Notes: generated from the letters alone by a model not told the origin. Positions 12,022 to 25,502 are shown, counted from the first letter of the stretch. The stretch: 64,000 nucleotides of DNA from Octopus sinensis (GCF_006345805.1 NC_043000.1:30132001-30196000); one strand, 5' to 3'. Numbers and translations: made by a program.

Positions 12022-13224
12022 AGCTTGTTCATTCCGTCTTCTCGTGTTAAAATTCTTTTGCATAAACTTCCCGAATACTTTCCGCTTTCCGCATGTATTC
12101 CCAGTGAAAGAAAACCTTCTGTGTAATAGCAACTGATATCCACTACCAAAATTGGAGCTTTGTCCTCCTAGCAACAACTCTATTTAGCCAAACACTGACC
12201 ACAGGGTCTAATAGCTTCACGTAGCCATCTGAATTGGACGCTAAGGCTCAGTTCGAAGAAGTGGGATGACAACGTGACCCTCACTGACGACACACCCAAA
12301 TACTAACGCGATTTGCCGGAATTTGGTTTTCATGATGCCCATGAAGAGTCTTACAACTTTTACAGTGTTCACTGAAGGTGGAGCAGCAGTCGTAATGTTA
12401 TACGATATCCGGCACCACTCATCAGGATGCAGGAAACTCTTTTTCAGTATTCAAACGACTTCCGGTCTGCTGTAACAGTTAAACTTTCTTCTTCTTCTTC
12501 TTCTTCTTCTTCTTCTTCTTCTTCTTCTTCTTCTTCTTCTTCTTCTTCTTCTTTTTATTATTATTATTATTGTTATTATTATTATTATTACTATTTTTAT
12601 CATTATCAACTTTAACTTTAATATTTATGCTCTCCAACGCTGTTGACGCTTAACCAATACATCAGCTGAATTTGTTCTCTTCCTGAAAATAGGGGACATG
12701 AACATCATCAAATTCAGCCCCAACATCCTGCATATATGTGTGGGTGCTTGTGGATGTATGAATACATTGAAAGATAAATATAAATATGTATGCATACATA
12801 CACACACACACATATATATTTATGTATAAATATGTAACATAAGAATGTATCTCTGTGTGTTCGCTTGTATTTGTAAGAATACATACAAGGAGCTCAATAA
12901 ATCCATTGCACCATATATCATAGCTTACACGTCGACTGCCATCATTTTATATAAATGTGTTTCTCTTTCATTCTAAGGCTCCCATTTGTTTCTTGATTTC
13001 CATTCAAGAACAATATTTCATTGAGGCCGTTGACACATCAATATGTGTTATTTCGATGTGATTCCTAAACCAAAATGTTCACTTATTATGTGTAATCAAG
13101 TGTTTTATGATTCGTCCTTAACGTCCTTTGGGAAATAACACAACTAATGGCGATGCTGCCTAAAACTATCCCAGAGTTTTCATTTCATTCATTCATATTA
13201 GATTCATGCATGAGAAACCACCAG

Positions 13225-13294
<70 letters not shown>

Positions 13295-13789
13295 GTTTCT
13301 AATAATAATGATGCACATCACTGCAATCATAATATTGATAATGATAATAATATTATTGATTCCTTTTATTTGTCTCAAGGGTTAAGATATGAAGATATTT
13401 TAGGAAAAAAAAATGAAATAATAAATGAATAGAATTCGCAATTACATGCAGCTCATCGAGGATTTTTCGGGGAAAATTCCACACAAAAATGTCCTGGATT
13501 ACTTACCATCCCCAAAGTAAGGGAGGTGCCATCGTCCAGCTTCTTTCCTCCGACTTTGAAAATTATAGGTCCACTCACCCTCACCAGCCTTGTTATTTTC
13601 CTTCACCTTCCAATAAAGACACCAGAAAGCAGCACCAAGCTTTCTCACTATAACGACCTGCACATTGAAAGCACAAAACAGAATAAATGTGGTGATAACT
13701 TTAGCATGCATAGCAAAACAAAAGTGCCCTTGCTACTCTTGGTCTCCAGTGGATGCCCGGTACTAAGGCAGCTGAAATAAAGTGAGAGA

Positions 13790-14331
13790 GCAGTGCATGC
13801 CATCATAGTGACACTGGGGTAAAATATACGAAGCCCAGTGTACCCATCATGACGACCCGTCTGATAAGGGTACAATAGGCACATTCATCACAACCATATG
13901 TGTGCGACATGTAATCTCATATCAAGATAAACAGCGCATAACTTTGCAGGTGATGCCAAGGTTAGAATTTTCTGCAGGTCGAGTAACCCATCCCGCTCAA
14001 AAGGTCCCTGAATAAGGATTGTTTGAGGATGTTGAACGAACCACCCATGTTTCCAAACGTGAATTATCCAAACCTCTAAGAATCCCTTTCAACACACGCC
14101 TATGATGCTCCCCCACTACTTCTTGTTCATGATCAGAGATGCACATATCGTCAGCCACTAAGGGACATGGTCAACTGGTTAAGGTCAAACAACTGACAAG
14201 CAAATTTGTGGTATTGAGCAGAATATTTACTGCAGCCCATCTTTTATACCAAGACAAAACAACGTACATGATAACACTTCCAAACAGTTATGATAAGAAG
14301 CCATGAGATCCACCGTCTGGTACTGCATTAG

Positions 14332-14335
<4 letters not shown>
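13790..14335 (-). mobile_element. Unclassified interspersed element of about 550 bp abutting a (TAA)n array
   Basis: GC-richer non-coding block starting at the edge of the (ATT)n array; resembles a repeat I recall from octopus sequence, but it is single-copy in this window. Confidence 0.35.
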
Positions 14336-14391
<56 letters not shown>

Positions 14392-14487
14392 GTTATTATT
14401 ATTATTATCATCATCATCATCATCATCATATTATTATTATTATTATTATTATCATCATCATCATCATCATTATTATTATTATTATTT

Positions 14488-14887
14488 TATGTTTGACTTT
14501 TGATTTGAATTTGTACAAGTCTCACCTATAGACCTCAAGAGACCTCTCAACAACTTAGAAGTTCATATTGTTGTTATGCTTAGGGTGCCATATATTTGGT
14601 TTTGTACATAGTGTTGTTCTAGAAAATGGTTAAGAAGCCATAAGAGAATGATGTGTTTGTTTTAAAATTTGAGATTACATAGACAGTATTGTACGTAGGA
14701 TATGGGCAGTTCCCATGCGCACTATCTTTTGAATTTCCCCCATTTTGGGGTTTCCTGGTATCTGTGCTAGGTAGCAATCAGCCCCTTTTGCTATCCTTCC
14801 TAGGTCACCTATGACAACAGCTATTGTTTTAGTCTTCAGGTTCCACATTTTGCTAATTTGTATTTCAAGATCTTTATACTTGCTCAC
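14488..14887 (-). mobile_element. R4/Dong-clade non-LTR retrotransposon, 3' fragment (restriction-like endonuclease C-terminus and 3' UTR)
   Basis: SKYKDLEIQISKMWNLKTKTIAVVIGDLGRIAKG...EIQKIVRMGTAHILRTILSM*; (TAA)n on both sides. Confidence 0.8.
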
Positions 14888-14938
<51 letters not shown>

Positions 14939-14974
14939 CATCATCATCATCATCATCACCATCATCATCATCAT

Positions 14975-15180
14975 TTTTATTCTGAAGGACTCTCGGATAG
15001 TTCTTAATTACCGGTTATTCTTTACTTGAAAGCAGGCAATAACAAATCACCAAGGGTTTCAAGTACTCCCTTCTCCTGTGATTCAAAGAGACAATACTCT
15101 CCTTAGAATGCGAGCTGTATCCAACAATGCTGTCTTCTGGATCACTTCAAGCCTGACAGCAGTCCCAAAATTCTTAATTT
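14975..15180 (-). mobile_element. Second R4/Dong-clade 3' end, different subfamily
   Basis: KNFGTAVRLEVIQKTALLDTARILRRVLSL* (stop at 15083-15085), a distinct short 3' UTR, flanked by (TGA/TAA)n. Confidence 0.7.
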
Positions 15181-15192
15181 ACTATCATCATC

Positions 15193-15226
<34 letters not shown>

Positions 15227-16476
15227 TATTATTATTATTATTATTATTGTTGTTGTTGTTGTTGTTATTGTTGTTGTTATTGTTGCTGTTGTTACTATTA
15301 TTATTTTTTCTTGTTTTTGTTTCTTTTGTTGCTTGTTGTGCTGACATGGCATGTTAATCTCCGCTGTCATGCTAAAATTATATTTTAGTCACTCATTTTC
15401 TCTGCGTTATCTCACAGAACCATTACACACAGTAGGTGAAAGATGTTTCTCTTTTTTTTCGTGCTCACTACAGACGAAAAAAGAAATTTTTGAGCACTTC
15501 ACGAGAAATTGTTTCAAATAGAAACAACCAAACATAACAATATAAAACGGAAAGTTTTGGATCAGCACACACGTAATCATGATACAAAAAAATACTAGAT
15601 TTTTATTTGGGTAAAAACTATGATATGCCAGAAAGGAATGGGTCGTGTTGCCCAAGGAATTTGTGTAAGAGAAACTAGAAGTAATGTGACGTCTCTGGCT
15701 GTTTAAGAGACGATAGGGTTTTATTTATGAGGAATGTTGAGATAAGTCAAGGTATCCATAAATCAGTGATGCTGAGAAAATCCATTTGAAAAAATCTAAT
15801 GAAGAATTTTTGCTGCTCTAAGAAATCTATGCCCCACCCCAGCAAAAGCTTTTTTGTTGTTGTTTTAAATATGACTTTCACCCCGAGAATAGTTCGTCAA
15901 TATTCCCACTGTTTAGGTGTATTTTCTGTTTCCGGACGTTTGAAGTTTGACAACTTTTCCCTATCATTGCAAGACAATGAGAGAATTGCAAGGAGGAGAA
16001 GGACCTCGGCTAGTTGTACATTGATTTTCGGGATCGTAACTTTCTGATTAGTTTCCTCTTTTTCAGGTCTTAGAGATGCCGAATCTATTATCTCTTCCGT
16101 CGTTCTTGAAGCTGCGACCCGTTATGCCATGAGAACAGCAATTCTGTTTCCTCTTACTGTTGTGGCGTTATCTTTTCTTCTCTGTTCTTCCATCTTATCT
16201 CTGACGAAACATTTTAAAGTATTTTATCAACGCACATCTAATGATTGGTTGGGTTTCTTATCTGCACCAACAGTGCTGTGGCTTTGTGTTGTGTACCCAG
16301 AACAGCTGACAGTTCTAGGATTAATCAAAGTTCATTTAAGTCTGTATATCTCTATAGAATTAACTTCACCATACATCGCTCTTGACTATCTCAGCGTTCC
16401 GATGGAATTGATTTTTACCCTCCCCAGACTAGCTGGTTTTGTTCCAAGATTTGAAACCAATATTTGAGTTCTCTAA

Positions 16477-16702
16477 GGCGGCGAGCTGCTGAGTCGTTAG
16501 CACGCCTAGCAAAATAATTGGCGGCATTTCGTCCGTCTTTACGTTCTAAGCTCAAATTCTGCCGAGGTTGACATTACTTTTTGTCTTTTCGTTGGTGGAT
16601 AATATAAGTACATGATTACTGGGGGGTCGATGTAATCGACTTACTCTCTCCCCGCAAAACTCCTGGCCTTGTGCCAAAATCTGAAACCAGTATTATTCAT
16701 GG
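16477..16702 (+). mobile_element. SINE family B, diverged
   Basis: Head ggcggcgagctg and tail ggccttgtgccaaaatctgaaacc. Confidence 0.8.
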
Positions 16703-17255
16703 ACTCCAAATGTTATCATATATCGACTAAATAATATTGGATTGATATATCTTTCCCTCAATATCAGGTGTTTTACAATGCGCTCGCAATACAACGCTTG
16801 TTTGTTATCCTTTCTTGATCAGACACGAAATTTTCAGCTCAAGGTATCAAATCACTGATTTTTCCCCTTTTAATTAAGTTTTCTTCTGCGACTAATCTAC
16901 TTACAAATAATCTTTAATTTACTCGTTATTTTGTGATATAATCTTTCCAGTTAATTAACTCCCAAGCATTAGTAATTATTCGCTGCGCGTCTCTTATGAG
17001 GTCTTCTTTATTTATATAGAATTTTCTATCCATTGTGTTTATTTCCTTTCGAAGAACATCTGATATTTCTCTCAAAGTATTTTCTGTCAGATATATCTAC
17101 GGATATAAAGAGGTTTCTATTCCACTATTATATCTAACAAGTGTAATAAGGCGTTTAGTGAAAGAATAAGAATTTGGGTAACAGTATTTGCACAAGACAA
17201 ACAAAAACAGGTAAAACTATAAAAATTTGGTAATATTTTTTTGATTGTTCCGCCG

Positions 17256-17385
17256 TGGTAGACTTTGCCTTTCATCCTTTCGGGGTCGATAAACTAAGTA
17301 CCAGTTGCATACTGGGGGTCGATGTAATCAACTGGCCGCCTACCCAAAAATTTCGGGTCTTGTGCCTAGAATAGAAAAGAATATC
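17256..17385 (+). mobile_element. SINE family B, 5'-truncated
   Basis: gactttgcctttcatcctttcggggtcgataaa...gtgcctagaatagaaaagaat. Confidence 0.8.
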
Positions 17386-17675
17386 TTTTTGATTGTTACT
17401 GTCATTTGGATACATTTTTATCCATAAATCCACCCATCTTCCTCATCTGCTATTTCTGGAAGAGTCGTGGGGCTTAAATCTTCAGTCACCTCCTCCACAA
17501 GCTCATCAGGAATAATATACGTTTTCTGTCACCAAAATTCGAACTGCATTTTAGTAACACTGTTATTTCTATGTATATTACTTATTTTTCCACTGCTAAA
17601 CCCTGAATAGCTGACACAAATATACAATCTATGGTAGCAGTTGAGGATTTGATCAATCATTACATTTCTTTGAAG

Positions 17676-18072
17676 CAAGTAGGTTGCTTACCAGCCAGAT
17701 GGTTCCGGGTTCAGTCGCACTGCGTGGCACCTTAGGCAAATGTCTTCTACTATAGCCTCGAGCCGACCAAAGCCTTGTGTGTGGATTTGGTAGACGGAAA
17801 CTGAAAGAAGCCCGTCGTATATGTGAATATATATATATGTATGTGTGTGTGTATATGTTTGTGTGCATGTATTTGCCCCCTCCCCAACATCGCTTGACAA
17901 CCGATGCTGGTGTGTTTACGTCCTCGTAACTTAGCGGTTCGGCAAAAGAGACCGATAGAATAAGTACTAGGCTTACAAATAATAAGTCCTGGGTCGATTT
18001 GCTCGACTAAAGGCGGTGCTCCAGCATGGCCACAGTCACATGACTGAAACAAGTAAAAGAGTAAAAGAGTAA
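17676..18072 (+). mobile_element. SINE family A
   Basis: Body, internal microsatellite and aaaagagt tail. Confidence 0.9.
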
Positions 18073-18224
18073 ACCGTGCAAAGACCTGTATTTGCAACAC
18101 GCTATATTCTTTGAAAATTTTTCTCGGGGGTCAAAATATTTTAGTCAACACGATTTCTCGTTTGTATGCAGATTATAAATAAATTTAATCTAAGCGCGTA
18201 TATTTTTGGAAAAAAATATCAGTT

Positions 18225-18570
18225 GTCTACTACGCCAATTTAGTCACCTCATTTCGTCTTTATGTCCTGAGTTCAAATACGTCCGAGATTCACTTGGCCT
18301 TTCGGGGTCGATAGAATAAGTACCAGTTGAGTATTACGGTCGACGCAATCGACTAGCCTTATCATACGAACTTTCTGGCCTTGTTCCGATATTTGAAACC
18401 AATATTTATCCAAGTGAAGGTGGGAAGCTGGTACCGGCATATTTTCCGGCACTTTACGTTCAGATCTGAAATCCCACCAAGGTCAACTTTACCTTCTAAA
18501 TTTTCGCGGTCGATTACTAGTGTCGAGGGAATTGATTTGTCCCCTCTCCTCAAAACGGCTGGGTTTGAGC
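18225..18570 (+). mobile_element. Two adjacent diverged SINE family B copies
   Basis: Two successive B-like bodies (18225-18410 and 18418-18570). Confidence 0.65.
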
Positions 18571-18754
18571 ATAATTTAGAAAGAGTATCTAACTACACGG
18601 GAAAAATAAAAGAATTGTGACGAGAGATTAATCAGTTTGTGGGAGTAAACCTTTCTTACAGGGAAGCTGAAAACTCGTCGTGGTAACCACATTGAGAGAA
18701 ATTTAGTTCGTTCTTTACAACGTTCATTACTCAAACAGGAAATATCAAATCTTA

Positions 18755-19752
18755 TTTTCTACTCTAGGCACAAGACACGAAATTTTTGGGAGGGGACTAA
18801 GCGGATTAGATAGACCCCAATACGTAACTGGTACTTAAATTTTAGAACCCAAAAGGATGAAACACAAATTCGACCTCGGCGGAATTTGAACTCAGAACAT
18901 AAAAAAGACAGACGAAATACATATTTCTTTACTACCCACAAGGGGCTAAACACAGAGGGGACAGACAATGACAGACAAAGGGATTAAGTCGATTATATCG
19001 ACCCAGTGCGTAACTGGTACTTATTTAATCGACCCCGAAAGGATGAAAGGCAAAGTCGACCTCGGCAGAATTTGAACTCAGAACGTAAAGACAGACGAAA
19101 TACCGCTAGGCATTTCGCCCTACCTGCTAACGTTTCTACCATCTCGCCGCTATGGAAATATCAAATATTTATTTCTTTATTGCCCACAGGGGGCTAAACA
19201 TAGAGGGGACAAACAAGGACATTTAGTCGATTACATCGACCCCGGTGCACAACTGGTACATGTTTAATCGAACTTGAAAGGATGAAAGCCAACGTCGATC
19301 TCGGCGGAATTTGAAGTCAGAACGTAAAGACAGACGAAATACCTATTTTTTACTACCCACACGAGGCTAAACACAGAGAGGTCAAACAAGGACAGACAAA
19401 CGGATTAAGTCTATTTTATCGACTCCAGTGCGTAACTGGTACTTATTTAATCGAACCCGAAAGGATGAAAGGCAAAGTCGACCTCGGCGGAATTTGAACT
19501 CAGCACGTAACGGCAGACGAAATACCTATTTCTTTACTACCCACAAGGGACTAAACATAGAGAGGACAAGCAAGGACAGACAAACGGATTAAGTCGATTA
19601 TATCGACCCCAGTGCGTAACTGGTACTTATTTAATCGACTCCGAAAGGATGAAAGGCAAAGTCGACCTCGGCGGAATTTGAACTCAGAACGGAGCGGCAG
19701 ACGAAATACCGCTAGCCATTTCGCCCGGCGTGCTAACGTTTCTGCCAGCTCA
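18755..19752 (-). mobile_element. Head-to-tail array of five SINE family B units
   Basis: Five bodies; three junctions fall at the same position, gacgaaatac|(c/a)tattt. Confidence 0.9.
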
Positions 19753-20654
19753 CCGGATTGGACATATCAAATATTGTATAAAAACATTTACCGTTTGATA
19801 AATCTATTCATGGTAGATAAAGACATTTTGTATCACTGACGCTGCAAATGACCTTGGAGAAATTATGGACGTCAACAACAAACCATTTCCCCTATCTTAT
19901 AAATACGAGACCTTGTGTCTAAGCAACAAATCAATATGATAAAAAATATATTTATACCTTATTTTCAAGATCATTTTTACCCTCTAACGTATCGTGCATT
20001 TTTTAACGATATAATTTCTTCTTTCGTTTTCATTTTGCTTTATATTTTATAACACATTTTAATCACATGTTTCCAAGCAATTTCAATAATATTATCACAA
20101 CCTTTCTTTAGAATTGTGTTCCCATATATTTTCTTTCTACCACAGAGCTCTGTCAGAATGATTTACATTAATCGGAGCAACTAGTTCTTTACATCATTTC
20201 CAATTTCTTCAATTTGTCTATAAAAAGTTCGGTTAAAAAAAAAAAACATTCGTGACAATTTTCAAATAATTTCTACAGTTATTAATATTTCTTGCTGCCT
20301 GTTGTGTATTTGAAAATAACTCTGCATTAAATTTAATCATTTCTTGGCGTATAATTTTAGAAATTAGCATCAATTTGTTAAATTATTGCTTATATCAAAT
20401 CACTATGGCATTTCAATTGTATTTCATTTGGTTTCAAATTATACCATTTACTTCAATACACACTTACCACTTTCTTTTAATTTCATTACACACATACAAA
20501 CATACACGCATATGTAAGTTATTTTGTTCAATTATACTAAAAATAATTTTACACTAATCAGATGGGTGACGCTATTTTTTGTAGAATATAAATTTATTGT
20601 TTTTAAACAGGAATATTATTGACATGGCCGCCGAAGTTTCGGCCAGTTAAGCCA

Positions 20655-20778
20655 TTCTTTCGGGGTCGATTAAATAAGTACCAGTTACGCACTGGGGTCG
20701 TTGTAATCGACTTAATCTCTTTGTCTGCCCTTGTTTGTGCTCCCCTATGTTTAGTCCCCTGTGAGCAATAAAGAAATA
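20655..20778 (+). mobile_element. SINE family B, 3' half
   Basis: ctttcggggtcgattaaataagtaccagttacgcactggggtcg...aataaagaaata. Confidence 0.85.
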
Positions 20779-23326
20779 AATATATCAATAATTGTAGAAT
20801 GGTCTCTCCCAGCAAATAATTACAATTCTAGTTGCAACTTTACGTAAAAGTGTTCACATTTGACAGAAATCTGTAAATTTACAGACAAAGTAGATAAAGA
20901 AACCATGTAATGTTTACTCGTGTAACACTTCTGTCTTTTTATGAACTCATACCATTCCTCTCACTTCTCATCGCTCCTTCAACTCCCGTTCCTTTCAACC
21001 GAATCAATAACAGCGTTTGTCATGTTTGTCATATAGTTTCTCTTAGGCGAAAAGCTTAGCACGAAATAATTTACACAATTCTCTACAAATTGTCTTTACA
21101 TAGCCTTAACAGTGTAATTCACTGGTGTGTTTTTTAACGACTCAGAGAGCAAACTCCCAGACACATTCAATGTTTAGATAACGTAAAATATGATAACTCT
21201 TTTGAAAAATTGTTTTTTTTTAATGGCCCAGCCTCATTCAATACGTTCATATTTATGCGTAAGGGTTAATTACAGTGTCGATTTAAAGGCGGTGACATAT
21301 TACCTTAAGTAATGATATAATCTATTAAATGCAACTTTCAGAAAACCTATTCATATTAGCTATAACCATGTCGGAATATTACATCGTATCCTTCAAATTG
21401 GTTTGCGCTCCTAAAAGCATATCTCCTTGGCTACGCTGCTTCGAATTACTTTGCGTTTTGTACGAATTCTTAAGAAATCAATGCATTCATGTTTTGCGAC
21501 TGACGTCCATTTCGGTTCTCTTCGTAGTTGCAGGTTGTAACTATGTAATTATATATTTAGTGATTTAATCTTAATGAAACAGCTGTCGAACACAATATGA
21601 ACTATAAGTTAAATTTATGGTTTCTCCGTTTTAGCCGATTATGAATGTACACGTAAGTCGGTCCCACTTCGATGGTCCCACTTCGATTTACTGCAATGTA
21701 ATTAAGCATTGGAGTTTAACGACCTGGCTTTAACTGCGCTCTTAATTACCACAAATTTATTCTTTGATATTTCCACATTAATTTCCTCTCTCTATAGATT
21801 CCTGACCAGTATTGGAGTTGATACACAAATATTAGTATCACTCAGAAATATGTGACCGGAGGGTAGATGTTCGAGTTTTACACCTCCTGTTGTTAAAATG
21901 AGTGCCAAATACACACACATTTTATTCAATGGAAAATACACCATCTCTTAGATTTGTTTAGCATTTAACCAATCAATATATAAAGCTGAGTCCTGAACCA
22001 AAAATAAACTAATATCTCAAAGTAGAAAACATCGCAATTCCTTAAACGGCTTCAAAATACAAATACAGCTTTGATCATTGTTATGCATCGTTTATCTTTT
22101 TTTAGATTTTACTACAACTAAGAAACGAACATAAAAGAACACCTCACCGAAAGTAATTCTATGCAGAAGACTTAGAACTTGTGACAAACAAATCCTATTT
22201 TACTAAAACTGCTGCTTTCATGTGTGTACATAATTTACATACGTGTGTATGCGTCTAGAAAGTTCGTCCCGATATATACACCATTGTTAAAGTGAACGGT
22301 AGGATTCACATGAAAAATAATCGCTGAATGGTATGCAGAGATACAACATTTTGTAAGATAGTAGGCCTTGTTTGTAAAATGTCTTTCCCGCGTTTCTCGG
22401 CAATCTCTTTAGTTCGTTATTCAATGTTTATAGGCTAATTCTATCCTAGCGCTGAATTTATTAAGTTACGATGATCTTGCAAGTATAAAATATGTTTATC
22501 ACTTGTCACCTCCCAGTGGAAATAACACTTGGAAACGATCTTGAATATAAATATAGAAATAAAAAGAACACGTCGTTTATTGAGTTAAGTTAATCATTGA
22601 CGAAATTAAAGAAACTTAAGCATATTACTGCCACAGCGTCAACAGGCTGTTTGTAATCAATAGTACGTGGTGTCAAGAGAATATCGCCGTGGCAATGGCA
22701 TTATCGATACTATATACGATATTATGTCGACACAAGTGAAATAGTCTTAGCGAATTTATACATTATACTCTTCTATTGAATTTAGTGATTGTTGTGCACG
22801 AACAATACGATGCTACATTATATCCTGCATATCTGGGCATTGTTATGCATATATAAACAGTAATTTCGTCTCTGGTTGGATTTGCATGTACAAATGTCCA
22901 CATTTACAATACACATTACATACTTTCTATTTTCATGATGTAAACCAGTATTACTGTAAAGAATTACAGTTCTATCACTATAAATATGATGCCATCTTTT
23001 GGCAACTTTAACTAACTAAACACTCTGAACTTACTCTCTACAGTAACTCTTCGTATCAATAAAATATTTCTATCTTCTTAATGGCGTATATTCTACATTA
23101 AGATGGAAAGAGCACAGGTCTGTATCTTTTTGACCGTATATATTAATGTTTGTTTTTATGTTATAATATTAAAAACAATTTTACATTACACTGAAGGATT
23201 ACTCAATACCTTTGGCAGAAGAAAAAAAAAATTATTTTTCGTAATTTCGGATGATGGTTCAGCTTTCTGAAACTTTGAAGTTACTATCAATACTATCTAT
23301 TCTTGTTGAAGAAAAATATATATGTT

Positions 23327-23730
23327 GCGCAGGAGTGGGTGGGTGGTAAGAAGCTTGCTTCCCAACCATCTGGTTCCGGGTTCGGTCACACTGTGGGGAA
23401 CCATGGACAAGTGTCTTCTACTATAGCCTCGGGCCGACCAAAGCCTTGTGGGTGGATTTGGTAGACAGAAACTGAAAGAAGCCCGTCGTATATATATTTA
23501 TATATATGTATGTGTGTGTGTGTTGTGTGTGTGTGTGTGTGTGTGTGTGAATGTGTCTGTGTGTTTGTTCCCCAACCTTGCTTGACAACTGATGCGAGTG
23601 TGTTTAGGTCCTCGTAACTTAGCGACTCGTCAAAAGAGACTGATAGAATAAGTTCTAGGGTCGATTTGTTCGACTAAAGGTGGTGCTCCAGTATAGCCAC
23701 AGTCAAATGACTGAAATGGGTAAAAGAATA
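23327..23730 (+). mobile_element. SINE family A
   Basis: gcgcaggagtgggtgggtggtaag head through aaatgactgaaa tail. Confidence 0.88.
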
Positions 23731-24589
23731 ATACATATATATATATATATATGTGTGTGTGAGTGTGTGTGTGTGTGTTACTCATAGCTCTGGTTACTCA
23801 GTGGTCGAAAGAACAGATTTCAACTCAGACCAGCTGTAATTTTCTTTGATTTTAATATTAAAACCTTCGAAATTTACAATTTATAACCATCGAAATATTT
23901 GCGAAATATTTTATTTGCAAAATCCATCTCGTAAATACTAAACTATCACTGTTTTAACACAGGAATAAGATTTAAGGCTGCCAATTTTCAATAATTCAAA
24001 GTTTATTGAAAATTTTATAATTTGATACATTAATATAATTTTCGAAGCTGAATCTCAAGAGATATTTGCATTTCCTAAAATTTCTTTAAAAAAAAGTTAT
24101 GGAGATTTAAATTTAATAACTCTCCCCCAGTCAGAAAACGGGATTTGTAAGCTGTCATTTTCTGCGTGATTGCACATTTTGTCAGCATCCTAGGAGTAGC
24201 ACGTGTTGTCAATATTCCGAAAATAGCTCTCGTGTTTTTATATGAAACAGTAATCAAATGAATTACGGACGATATATAACCCCTCATAGATCTTTTATTG
24301 TTTTGAATTTTCAGAAACATTTTGCGTATTCTACACACGGGAATTCATACGATTATGAAAAAAAAAGTGGGTGTGCGTGATTTAAGACCTATTTAGCTGT
24401 TATTTAGGTGTTATTTTTAGCACATTTCTCGATCTCAAAAACCGAAAAACAAATAAATAAAAACGAGTAAACAACACATATTTTGTAGTTTTAAGCATTC
24501 AATATGCATTAAATGCGATAAACAACACATTACCAATGATCATCATGATATTACATATTGCTGTGCAAAATATTGTGGCCAAACAGGTA

Positions 24590-25230
24590 ATATCATCATT
24601 ATCATCATCGTTTAACGTCCTCTTTCCATGCTGGCATGGGTTGGACGCTTTGAATGAGGACTGGTGAGCCAGAGGCTGCACCAGGCTCAATCTGATCTGG
24701 CAAAGTTTCTACAGCTAGATGCCATTCGTCACCCAACCACTTCGAGAGTGTAGTGGGTGCCTTCCATGCTGGCATGGGTTGGACGGTTTGAATGAGGACT
24801 GGTGAGCCAGAGGCTGCACCAGGCTCAATCTGATCTGGCAAAGTTTCTACAGCTAGATGCCATTCGTCACCCAACCACTTCGAGAGTGTAGTGGGTGCTT
24901 TTACGTGCCAGTCAGGCGGTTCTGCTAACGACCACACTCAAATAGTATTTTTACGTGCTACCTGCACGGAAGCCAGTCCGACGGCACTGGCAATGACCAC
25001 GCTCGAACGCTGTTTTTCACGAGTCACCGGCACGGGAGCCAATCCGTGACCCTGACAACGATCACGCTCGGATGTACTTGTAACGTTCCACAGGCACGAG
25101 TACCAATCAGGCGGTACTATCATCGGCCATGTCAGCGATTTTGATTTGTTAACACTTGCCTCACTACGTCTTCGCAAGCAATGTTCATTGTCCAATGAAT
25201 GAGGGGTACTCATAAGTGTACCAGTTACAC
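24590..25230 (-). mobile_element. (GAT)n-tailed non-coding retroposon with an internal 138-bp tandem duplication
   Basis: Minus strand ends ggacgttaaacgatgatgat; 24624-24761 and 24762-24899 are near identical; related degenerate sequence at about 43915-44190. Confidence 0.65.
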
Positions 25231-25254
25231 GTCACGTTCGGATGTGCTCAAATG

Positions 25255-25502
25255 TAAATAATGTAAATAATATGCTTTATTTCACGTTGCTCCAGTCACT
25301 CAGCTGCAAAGAAAGAGTAGTGCATGTATTTCAAAGGACCAGCCTTGTCAGACTCTGTGTCACGATGAACCACCCTGAGAACTAAGTTAAGGGCATGCGT
25401 GTTTGTGGAGTGTTCAACCACTTGTAAGTTAATTTCAGGTGCAGGCTGTTCCGTTGATTGGATCAGCAGCTGGAACAATCATCGTCGTAACAGACGGAGT
25501 AC
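25255..25502 (+). mobile_element. SINE family C, partial
   Basis: ctctgtgtcacg...ggctgttccgttgattggatc...cgtcgtaacagacggagtacc. Confidence 0.75.

Noticed and set aside
17420-17525. Acidic minus-strand peptide KTYIIPDELVEEVTEDLSPTTLPEIADEEDG
   Set aside because: Weak splice sites, phase incompatible with the 13507-13657 candidate, and no recognised homology.
18755-19752. CRISPR-like or satellite appearance of the repeat array
   Set aside because: Units are SINE bodies of about 180-230 bp with no unique spacers and no cas genes; eukaryotic context.
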